This document shows, in pieces, positions 52,227 through 60,283 of a stretch of DNA of 64,000 nucleotides (its first letter is position 1; each line of letters begins with the position of its first letter). The DNA lies in NCBI GenBank assembly GCA_036259835.1, contig DATABA010000031.1, forward strand, positions 472 to 64,471, in the 5' to 3' direction. The notes under the pieces were generated by a model that was not told the origin of the DNA, did no database searches, and saw nothing but the letters and a program-made list of their open reading frames with translations. This DNA is from Actinomycetota bacterium. GTDB lineage: Bacteria; Actinomycetota; UBA4738. A program made the translations under genes and the position numbers.

Positions 52227-53469
52227 CGAAGATCCTTTCCGCCTTCTCCAGTCCCTTCATGAGGGCGTCGACGTCCGCAAGCGTGTTGTAGACGTAGAAC
52301 GAGGCGCGGTTCGTCGCCGGAACCTCGAGGATCCGCATGAGCGGCTGCGCGCAGTGATGCCCCGCCCGAATGCACACCCCTTCCTGACCCAGGACCTGGG
52401 CGAGGTCGTGTGGGTGAATCTCCTTGAACCAGAACGACACGGCGCCTCCGCGGTTCGCCGTGTCGGTGGGGCCGAAGACCTCGGCACCGGCTTCTGTCAA
52501 CCGCTTGATGGCGTACGAGGCGAGCTCGTGCTCATGCTCTCTGACCGCGTCCATCCCGATCCGCTCCAGGTATTCGATGGCCGCGACCAAACCGATCTCC
52601 TGAGCGATGTTCATGGTCCCCGCCTCAAACTTCCACGGCGGTTCCTTGAACGTCGAGCGGTCCGGCAGGACGTCCAAAATCATCTCTCCGCCGCCGAAGA
52701 ACGGGTTCATCTCCTCGAGCAGCTCCAGTCGTCCGTACAGACCTCCGGACGCGGTCGGACCGAGCATCTTGTGTCCTGAGATGGTCAGGAAGTCGATGTC
52801 GAGCTCGGCGACGTTGACCGGACGGTGCGGGACGAGCTGGGCCCCATCCACGACGATCACGGCGCCAACGGCGTGCGCCGCCTCGGCGAGCTGCTTCAGG
52901 GGCGGCATCGTCCCGAGAACGTTCGAGTTCCCGGTAACGGAGACGATCTTCGTTCTATCCGTGATGAGCCCGTCCAGACCGGAGAGATCGAGCTCTCCTT
53001 CTTCGCCGAGGGGGATGAATTTCAGCGTCGCCCCGGTAGCGTGTGCTGCGAACTGCCAGGGGACGATGTTGGAGTGATGCTCGATCTCCGACAGAAGCAC
53101 CTGGTCGCCTTCTCGAAGCACCTTCCGCCCCCACCCATGCGCCACCAGGTTGATCGACTCGGTGGTCCCTCGGTTGAACACGATGCACGAGGGGTCCGGC
53201 GCGCCGACGAACCGGGCCAGCGTCCCGCGCGCGGCTTCGTATCGAGCCGTGGCCTCCTCGGCGAGCTCGTACACGGCGCGGTGGACGTTCGCGTTGTATC
53301 GCTCGTAGAACTCCCGCTCGGCATCGAGCACCTGACGGGGCTTCTGGGTGGTCGCCGCGCTGTCCAGGTAGACCAGCCGCTTGCCATGGAAGTCCTGCTG
53401 GAGGATGGGGAAATCGGCTTTGATTCGTTCGACGTCCAGCGCCCGCGACTGCTCGATGACCTTCGCCAT
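52219..53469 (-). CDS. sufS: Cysteine desulfurase SufS
   Basis: ..VYLDSAATTQKP.., PLP-Lys ..ISGHKMLGPT.., active-site ..RAGHHCAQPL... Confidence 0.9.
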   Translation of the reverse strand: MAKVIEQSRALDVERIKADFPILQQDFHGKRLVYLDSAATTQKPRQVLDAEREFYERYNANVHRAVYELAEEATARYEAARGTLARFVGAPDPSCIVFNRGTTESINLVAHGWGRKVLREGDQVLLSEIEHHSNIVPWQFAAHATGATLKFIPLGEEGELDLSGLDGLITDRTKIVSVTGNSNVLGTMPPLKQLAEAAHAVGAVIVVDGAQLVPHRPVNVAELDIDFLTISGHKMLGPTASGGLYGRLELLEEMNPFFGGGEMILDVLPDRSTFKEPPWKFEAGTMNIAQEIGLVAAIEYLERIGMDAVREHEHELASYAIKRLTEAGAEVFGPTDTANRGGAVSFWFKEIHPHDLAQVLGQEGVCIRAGHHCAQPLMRILEVPATNRASFYVYNTLADVDALMKGLEKAERIFGA

Positions 53470-53492
53470 GACCTAAAGCCTCCCGCTGAGCA

Positions 53493-54296
53493 CTAGCCTG
53501 CCACCGGCGCCGTCTCGATGCCAAGCTCCTTGCGGAGACCTTCGTAGCCCTTCTGCTCGAGCTCGTGAGCCAGCTCCGGCCCGCCGGACAGAACGATCCG
53601 GCCATCCATGAGCACGTGGATCTTGTCAGGAGTGATGTAGTTGAGAATCCGCTGGTAGTGGGTGATGAGGAGCACTCCGAGGCTTGGACCGATCAGCTGC
53701 TGCACACCACTCGCCACGGCCTTCAGCGAGTCGATGTCGAGCCCCGAATCGGTCTCGTCCAGGACTGCGATCTCGGGCTCCAGAACGGCGAGTTGGAGAA
53801 TCTCGTTCTTCTTCTTCTCCCCGCCTGAGAAGCCCTGGTTCACGTACCGGTTGACCATCTGATCTTCGATGCCCAGGAGGTTCATCTTCTCCTTGAGGCG
53901 CTTGCGAAAGGCCAGCGCGGATGTCTGCTCGCCCTTCACCGAGTTGTAGGCGGAGCGAAGGAAGTTCACCACCGACACGCCAGGGATCTCGGTCGGATAC
54001 TGGAAAGCCAGGAACAGCCCCATCTGCGCCCGCTGGTCGGGCCTCAGTCCGGTGACGTCCTGGCCCTTGAACAGGATCCGTCCGCCGGTGATTTCGTATC
54101 CCGGCCGGCCCATCAGGACGTTGGCCAGGGTCGACTTGCCGGACCCGTTTGGGCCCATGAGCGCGTGAACCTCACCCTGCCGGACGGTCAGGTCGATCCC
54201 CTTCAGGATCTGCTTACCCTCGACCTGAACGTGGAGGTCTCTGATCTCCAGCGTCGCGGTGCCCGTTGCTTCCATCGCTTCGGCTTTCTGTGCCAC
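53493..54296 (-). CDS. sufC: Fe-S cluster assembly ATPase SufC
   Basis: Walker A GPNGSGKST, ABC signature FSGGEKKK, Walker B AVLDETDSGLD. Confidence 0.9.
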   Translation of the reverse strand: MAQKAEAMEATGTATLEIRDLHVQVEGKQILKGIDLTVRQGEVHALMGPNGSGKSTLANVLMGRPGYEITGGRILFKGQDVTGLRPDQRAQMGLFLAFQYPTEIPGVSVVNFLRSAYNSVKGEQTSALAFRKRLKEKMNLLGIEDQMVNRYVNQGFSGGEKKKNEILQLAVLEPEIAVLDETDSGLDIDSLKAVASGVQQLIGPSLGVLLITHYQRILNYITPDKIHVLMDGRIVLSGGPELAHELEQKGYEGLRKELGIETAPVAG

Positions 54297-54614
54297 TTAT
54301 CTGTCCTCCAACTCGATCAGTATGGTGTCGGCTTCCACCTTCACTGGAAACGTCGCCACCGGAACCGTCGCCGGGAGGACGGTGGGCCGGCCGCTTCGAA
54401 GGTCGAACGTCGAGCCGTGTCGTGGGCACTCGATGGTCTCGTCGTCAACGTCCACTTCTCCCTCGGAAAGCGACGCCTCCGCGTGGGAACAAATGTCGTC
54501 CACCGCGAGAAACTCGCCCCCGATGTTGGCAACGGCGATCTCAATTCGATCGACAACGAATCGCCGCGCCTCCCCTTCCGGGATCTCCGTGGTCTTGCCC
54601 ACCTCACGCAGCAT
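54297..54614 (-). CDS. Rieske [2Fe-2S] ferredoxin-type protein
   Basis: 105 aa. CSH..x..CPRHG Rieske ligand motifs (DDICSHAEASL ... IECPRHGSTF). Confidence 0.8.
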   Translation of the reverse strand: MLREVGKTTEIPEGEARRFVVDRIEIAVANIGGEFLAVDDICSHAEASLSEGEVDVDDETIECPRHGSTFDLRSGRPTVLPATVPVATFPVKVEADTILIELEDR

Positions 54615-56007
54615 GGCCGGCCTCGTCGTCTTTCTTCTCGAGCTCGTCCGCGATGGCCTGCTCGAGCCCCTGTCGCACCTCCGGCAGCGTCACCCGGTCG
54701 AGCACTTCCTGGAAGAATCCGAACACCACCAGCCGTTCCGCCTCCTCGTACGGGATTCCCCGGCTCTGGATGTAGAACATCGTGTCCTCGTCGACGGGTC
54801 CGACGCTGGCGGCGTGTCCACACCGCACTGGATCGTTGGTCAGGATCTCCAGGTTCGGCACCGTGTGTGCCTTTGCCGTTTCGGAGAGCAGGATGTTCCG
54901 GTTCGTCTGGTACGCGTCGCACTTGTGAGCATCCCGCTGGATGATGACTGTGCCGGTATAGACCGCCCGAGACCGCCCCTTGAGGGCCCCCTTGTACAGC
55001 AGATCGCTCGCCGTTCGTGAACCCAGATGGTTCTGGATCGACCGGAAATCGAAGTGCTGATCCTCGTCGGCGAAGTAGAGACCGAGCATCTCGCTCGATC
55101 CGCCGTCGCCCTGCATCACGCTTTCGACTTCCGTGCGGGAAAGGCTCCCGCCGAACGCCACAACCAGAGAGCGCAGCTCCGCGTCGGGTGCGATGACGGC
55201 GTTCTGGACAGAAAGGTGGGTCACGCCGCGCCCCCAGTCCTGGAGTGAGACGTATCGGAGCTTCGACCCAGTTCCGAGATAGAGCTCCACGGCTGCGTCC
55301 GAAAGCACGCCTTCCAAGTCACGAGAGACGTATCGATCGATGAAGGTCAGCTCGGCGCCCTCGCCCAACACGATGATCGTGTGGGGAAACACCGCGAGGC
55401 GGTCACGGTCCACGTATGTGAGCGTTTGCAACGGCAGCTCGACGTGCACGCCATCGGGAACGTGGACGAAGGTGCCGCCCGTGCGAAAGGCTGCGTGGAG
55501 CGCGGAGAACTTGCTCCTCCACGGAGCCACTGCCTTGTGAAGGTGGGACTCGAGGCCGGAACTGTGCTGGCGAAGTGCTTCGTCTACCGACTGAAAAAGG
55601 ACGCCCTTCGACGCTTCGGCCGGGTCGAGGTGGGCCGTAATGACCGACGAGTTGTGTTGGATGGCCAGCCCGGATCGCTCCCCTACCGCCCCCGCTGCCC
55701 CGAGAATCTCCGGCCGGACGTCGTCGAGGTTGGCGGCGGACGGCTCCTCTGCGTACGGAATGAAGGGGGTGAGATCCAGATCCCGAAGGTCCGTGTAGCG
55801 CCATTCCTCAGTTTCCGGCGAAGGCATCGGCATGGCCTCGAACTGTTCGAACGCTAAAGTCCGAACGCCGTCGACAGCGACGCGCTGGCCATCCGGGGAC
55901 CAAGCTGTTGCGCCCCCCGCCTGCAGGGAAGGACCGGCGCCCTTCTTCGAGACGATTTCGGCGAGCGCTTCGCGCGTGAATCCGGTTGTCGTGGAAGTTT
56001 CGGCCAT
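54604..56007 (-). CDS. sufD: SufB/SufD-family Fe-S assembly protein, SufD-like
   Basis: The C-terminal block NILLSETAKAHTVPNLEILTNDPVRCGHAASVGPVDEDTMFYIQSRGI resembles SufD (..PQLEIYADDVKCSHGAT.G..D..Q.FYL.SRGI) more than SufB. Start taken at MAETST. Confidence 0.8.
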   Translation of the reverse strand: MAETSTTTGFTREALAEIVSKKGAGPSLQAGGATAWSPDGQRVAVDGVRTLAFEQFEAMPMPSPETEEWRYTDLRDLDLTPFIPYAEEPSAANLDDVRPEILGAAGAVGERSGLAIQHNSSVITAHLDPAEASKGVLFQSVDEALRQHSSGLESHLHKAVAPWRSKFSALHAAFRTGGTFVHVPDGVHVELPLQTLTYVDRDRLAVFPHTIIVLGEGAELTFIDRYVSRDLEGVLSDAAVELYLGTGSKLRYVSLQDWGRGVTHLSVQNAVIAPDAELRSLVVAFGGSLSRTEVESVMQGDGGSSEMLGLYFADEDQHFDFRSIQNHLGSRTASDLLYKGALKGRSRAVYTGTVIIQRDAHKCDAYQTNRNILLSETAKAHTVPNLEILTNDPVRCGHAASVGPVDEDTMFYIQSRGIPYEEAERLVVFGFFQEVLDRVTLPEVRQGLEQAIADELEKKDDEAGHAA

Positions 56008-56057
56008 GATCCCCCGACGGCCGGCTCTGGGATTGATTCGTTGACGTCCGCGCCGCT

Positions 56058-56090
56058 GGATTAATTCTATCAATTAGGTAGGAATTACCT
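56058..56090. promoter_or_regulatory. AT-rich island in the sufD / DNA-ligase divergent intergenic region (putative promoters or operator)
   Basis: ggATTAATTCTATCAATTAGGTAGGAATTAcc stands out in otherwise GC-rich DNA. AATT(A) occurs three times about 10 nt apart. There is an inverted repeat TAATTC(56062-67)/GAATTA(56082-87). TAGAAT reads on the minus strand and TACCTT on the plus strand as -10 candidates. Confidence 0.3.
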
Positions 56091-56122
56091 TGGTGGTTGC
56101 TGCGGTCTCGCACAATCACTAC

Positions 56123-57640
56123 GTGCTGCTTCAGGAGATCGCCGATACGTCCGCTGGGGTTGCCTCCACCCGATCCCGGCTGGCCAAGATCGAGCGGCTG
56201 GCGGACTGCCTTCGCCAGCTCCGCCCGGAGGAAGTTCCCATCGCAGTCGCTTATCTGGCTGGCGAGCTTCCCCAGGGATCGATCGGCATCGGGTGGGCGT
56301 CTCTCCGCGACCTTCCGCCACCGGCCCGGACGCCGACGCTCGAATTGCTCGAGGTCGATGCCACGCTGCGGCGCGTACAGGCGACCACCGGGACAGGATC
56401 GCAAGCCGCGAGGCGCCAGCAGCTGCATGGGATGTTCGGGCGAGCCACCGACGACGAACGCAAATTCCTGACCGGACTTCTGCTCGGTGAGCTCAGGCAG
56501 GGCGCGTTGGAAGGCGTGATGGTCGAAGCGGTCGCCAGGGCGGCCGGCCTTCCCGGCTCGGATGTCCGAAGAGCCGCGATGCTGGCCGGCGATCTCGGCC
56601 CCGTGGCCGAAGCGGCCGTCGCGAAAGGGGCACAGGGACTGGCTCGGTTCCGCCTGACCGTCCTGCGACCGATCCAGCCGATGCTGGCGCACTCCGCCGA
56701 TAGTCTCCAGGATGCGCTCTCCCGAACCCGAGCCGCCGCGGTCGAGTGGAAGTTCGACGGCGCCCGCGTCCAGGTTCATCGGCTCGGCGGCGAGGTGCGG
56801 GCGTTCACCCGGAACCTCGCCGACATGACGGATCGCGTTCCCGAAGTCGTCCAGGCCGTCGCGGCGCTGCCGGTCGAGTCGATCGTGTTGGACGGAGAGG
56901 CGATCGCGCTTCACGGCGATGGCCGGCCCCATCCCTTTCAGGACACGATGAGCCGGTTCGGAACACAAGTGCCGGAGCAACAGCTGGCGAAAGTCCGGCT
57001 CTCCGCGTTCTTCTTCGACTGCCTTCATCTCAATGGAGAGGATCTGATCGACCGACCGACGACCGAGCGGTTCGAGGCGCTGCGCGCCGCGGTGCCGGAC
57101 GAAGTGTTGATTCCGCGAATCGTCCCGCACGATCCGACCGAGGCGGAGCCTTTCTTCGACCGGGCGCTCCAACAGGGGCACGAGGGCGTGATGGTGAAGG
57201 CGCTCGACGCACCGTACGAAGCGGGACGGCGCGGTGCGAGCTGGCTGAAAGTGAAGCGCGCCAAGACGCTCGACCTGGTGATCCTGGCCGCAGAGTGGGG
57301 GCACGGCCGCCGTCACAAGTGGCTGAGCAACCTACATCTGGGCGCACAGGATCCCGCGTCGGGTCAGTTCGTCATGCTCGGGAAGACCTTCAAGGGAATG
57401 ACCGATCAGATGCTGACATGGCAGACCGAGCGACTGCTCGAGCTCGAAACACATCGCGACAGCTACACGGTCTACGTTCAACCGGAGATCGTGGTGGAGG
57501 TGGCCTTCGATGGGCTCCAGCGGAGCACCCGGTATCCCGCTGGCCTGGCGCTCCGGTTCGCCCGGATCAAGGGATATCGGCCAGACAAGCGTCCCGAGGA
57601 GGCAGACACCATCGAAACCGTCCGCGCGCTGGCCGGCTGA
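56123..57640 (+). CDS. ATP-dependent DNA ligase
   Basis: Adenylation motif I VEWKFDGARVQVH (KxDG), ..EGVMVK.., ..WLKVK... The conserved N-terminus (V)LLQEIADTS..TRSRLAKI suggests a GTG start at 56123 rather than the track TTG at 56090. Confidence 0.85.
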   Translation: MLLQEIADTSAGVASTRSRLAKIERLADCLRQLRPEEVPIAVAYLAGELPQGSIGIGWASLRDLPPPARTPTLELLEVDATLRRVQATTGTGSQAARRQQLHGMFGRATDDERKFLTGLLLGELRQGALEGVMVEAVARAAGLPGSDVRRAAMLAGDLGPVAEAAVAKGAQGLARFRLTVLRPIQPMLAHSADSLQDALSRTRAAAVEWKFDGARVQVHRLGGEVRAFTRNLADMTDRVPEVVQAVAALPVESIVLDGEAIALHGDGRPHPFQDTMSRFGTQVPEQQLAKVRLSAFFFDCLHLNGEDLIDRPTTERFEALRAAVPDEVLIPRIVPHDPTEAEPFFDRALQQGHEGVMVKALDAPYEAGRRGASWLKVKRAKTLDLVILAAEWGHGRRHKWLSNLHLGAQDPASGQFVMLGKTFKGMTDQMLTWQTERLLELETHRDSYTVYVQPEIVVEVAFDGLQRSTRYPAGLALRFARIKGYRPDKRPEEADTIETVRALAG

Positions 57641-57661
57641 GCCGGGCCGAATATCCTTCGA

Positions 57662-60283
57662 GTGATCATGGACCTGCCGACCGGGATCGTGACCTTTCTC
57701 TTCACCGACATCGAAGGGTCGACGAACCTCGCTCGAACGCTCGGATCTCGGTGGCCGCACGTCCTGGAAGAGCACAACGCGATCCTTCGAAACGCCATTC
57801 GCGCCCACGATGGCATCGACATCCGTACAGAAGGCGACGCCTTCTTCGCGGTGTTCCGCTCCCCCGGCGATGCGGTTCGAGCGGCGGCGACAGCTCAGCG
57901 GGTGCTGGCTGACCGTGAGTGGCCTGCGGACGGCCCGATTCGGGTCCGGATGGGCATGCACACAGGCGAAGGACGCCTGGCCGGTGACGACTACGTGGGT
58001 CTCGACGTCCACCGCGCTGCTCGGATCGCCGCTGCCGGGCACGGAGGGCAGGTGCTGCTCTCCGACGCGGCAAGGGTTTTGGTCGGTGACGGACTCACCG
58101 ACGGGCTCACGTTGCGCGACCTGGGGCAGCATCGTCTGAAGGACTTCGACGACCCGCAGCACATCTACCAGCTCGAAATCGAAGGCCTCGAGAGGGAATT
58201 CCCTCCGCTCAAGACCCGAGACATGCCGACACGGCTGCCGGTGCAGCTAACGTCGTTCATCGGCCGGAAGCGCGAGGTGCACCAGGTGAGTGAGCTGCTC
58301 GAGCGAAGCCGCCTGGTCACGCTCACCGGCCCGGGCGGGACCGGGAAGACGCGGCTCGCGATAGAGGCGGCAACCCGCATAACGGAGCGCTTCCCCGACG
58401 GTGTCTACTTCGTGGATCTCTCCCCCACCCGGGACCCGGCACTGGTGCCCTCGGCGATGGTCACCGCCCTAGGCCTGAAACAGCTTCCGGATCGGGGTGC
58501 ATTGGAATCGGTCACCGAGTACCTCAGGAATCGCGTTGCCCTTCTGATTCTCGACAACTTCGAGCAGGTAACCGAAGCATCAGGCGTCGCTCGAGTGGTG
58601 TTAGAGGAGTCGCCTTCGACCAACCTGCTGGTTACAAGCAGGGTGCACCTTGACTTACCCGGAGAGCATGAATTCCCCGTCCCACCGCTCGACGTTCCCG
58701 AACTGAACGGAGACGTCGGCGCCATTTCACAGAACGAGGCGGTGGAGCTGTTCGTTCATCGGGCCCGGGCCGTGCGGCCGTCGTTCGAAATCAGCGATCA
58801 GAACGCCCGGTCGATCGCAGAGGTCTGCGCCCGACTCGACGGACTGCCGCTGGCGATCGAGCTGGCCGCGGCGCAAACTCGCCTGCTGTCGCCGTCCGAG
58901 CTGCTCCAACGACTGCAACAGCGCCTGTCCGGACTCAGCACGGGTTCTCGAAACGTGCCCGAACGCCAGCGAACCCTCCGGAGCACCATCGAATGGAGCT
59001 ACGAGCTCTTGGAACCCGCGGACCGAAGGCTCTTTGCGCGACTCGGCGTTTTTGCGGGGGGCGGCACATTCGAATCGATTGAGGCCGTTTGCAATCCAGC
59101 AACAGACCTTGGTGTGGAGACACTTGAAGGCCTTGCGTCCCTGATCGGCAAGAGCCTCCTCCGCCGCATGGAGTTCCCTGAAGGATCCCGGTTCACGATG
59201 TTGGAAACCATCCGGGATTACGCGAGGGAACGCCTCGAGGCCGAGTTCGATCTCGACGACACAGAACGGCGACACGCCGGTTACTTCGCCACTCTGGCGG
59301 AGGAGCGCGGACCGACAGTTCGGGGAGCGACCGCCGACATCGTCGAGGCAGTGGTCCGGGACATCGACAATTTTCGCGCTGCCCTGTCGTGGTCCCTCCG
59401 AATGGACCAGGCTCAGTTCGGGCTTCGGATCGCCGCGGCGCTGTGGAGGGTCTTTGTCGAGACAGGACACTTGAGGGAGGCCGTCGAATCGCTGGAATCG
59501 CTCCTGGCACTACCCTCCGCGAAGGCTAGGGACCGGATCCGTGCCAGCGGGGTCATGGCTCTCGGATCTCTCCTCTACTGGCAGACGGATTATCGCGGGA
59601 CCCAAGACCGATACGAGGAGGCCCTTTCGATCTTCGAAGAGGTGGGCGACGAAACGGAACGGATGCAGGCGCTCATGTACCTCGCGTACTCCTTTGTGGC
59701 GCAGGAGGACCCGGACAATGCGCTTCGGACGATCGAGAAGGCACTTGCTCTCAGCGAATTTGTCACCGATGAAGCGCTTCTTGCGGAACTGACGGGCCTC
59801 AGAGGAGGCACTCATATCACACGAGGCGAGTACGACGAGGGCCTCAGATGGTTGGAGGAATCCCTCGAGCGGTTCGAAGCTGCCGGAGCGTTGTTGTGGT
59901 CCAACGAGACCCGGGCCCGGATCAGCAGCCTGTACCGAATGCAGGGGCGAGTCGATGAAGCGGAGGCTTACCTACGACAGTCCTTCGAGGTTTATCAGAT
60001 GGTTGGGGGCCTGACGAACTCGGGCGCGGTCGCCCTCCAGTTCGCGGCTGTGGCGACGGCTCGCGGAGATCACGAACGGGCCATGCGCCTCGCCGGGTTC
60101 GCGGAGAAGGTGTCCGAACAACTCGGAGGAAGGCCTCCCACCGCGCTCTTACTCATCCCCGACTTTCGAGCGGAGGCCGCGACCACCCTCGATGAGGCGA
60201 CCATTGATCGCCTCTGGAACGAGGGCAAGTCCATGGATCTGGAAGAGGCTGCTCACTACATGCTGCGAGAGAAGCAGGAATGA
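57662..60283 (+). CDS. Class III nucleotidyl-cyclase domain - NB-ARC/STAND P-loop ATPase - TPR protein, paralog 1
   Basis: Cyclase motifs FLFTDIEGST, TEGDAFFAVF, RMGMHTGEG, VHRAARIAAAGHGGQVLLS. P-loop GPGGTGKTRLA, Walker B LLILDNFEQV, VTSR. The C-terminal ~450 aa are helical and TPR-like. The start could be the ATG at 57668. Confidence 0.8.
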   Translation: MIMDLPTGIVTFLFTDIEGSTNLARTLGSRWPHVLEEHNAILRNAIRAHDGIDIRTEGDAFFAVFRSPGDAVRAAATAQRVLADREWPADGPIRVRMGMHTGEGRLAGDDYVGLDVHRAARIAAAGHGGQVLLSDAARVLVGDGLTDGLTLRDLGQHRLKDFDDPQHIYQLEIEGLEREFPPLKTRDMPTRLPVQLTSFIGRKREVHQVSELLERSRLVTLTGPGGTGKTRLAIEAATRITERFPDGVYFVDLSPTRDPALVPSAMVTALGLKQLPDRGALESVTEYLRNRVALLILDNFEQVTEASGVARVVLEESPSTNLLVTSRVHLDLPGEHEFPVPPLDVPELNGDVGAISQNEAVELFVHRARAVRPSFEISDQNARSIAEVCARLDGLPLAIELAAAQTRLLSPSELLQRLQQRLSGLSTGSRNVPERQRTLRSTIEWSYELLEPADRRLFARLGVFAGGGTFESIEAVCNPATDLGVETLEGLASLIGKSLLRRMEFPEGSRFTMLETIRDYARERLEAEFDLDDTERRHAGYFATLAEERGPTVRGATADIVEAVVRDIDNFRAALSWSLRMDQAQFGLRIAAALWRVFVETGHLREAVESLESLLALPSAKARDRIRASGVMALGSLLYWQTDYRGTQDRYEEALSIFEEVGDETERMQALMYLAYSFVAQEDPDNALRTIEKALALSEFVTDEALLAELTGLRGGTHITRGEYDEGLRWLEESLERFEAAGALLWSNETRARISSLYRMQGRVDEAEAYLRQSFEVYQMVGGLTNSGAVALQFAAVATARGDHERAMRLAGFAEKVSEQLGGRPPTALLLIPDFRAEAATTLDEATIDRLWNEGKSMDLEEAAHYMLREKQE

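Noticed and set aside
55808-57316. 502-aa ORF on the minus strand
   Set aside because: It lies antisense to the ATP-dependent DNA ligase, which has clear KxDG and other motifs. The product is Arg/Pro/Gly-rich with no recognisable domain. It is a typical high-GC shadow ORF.
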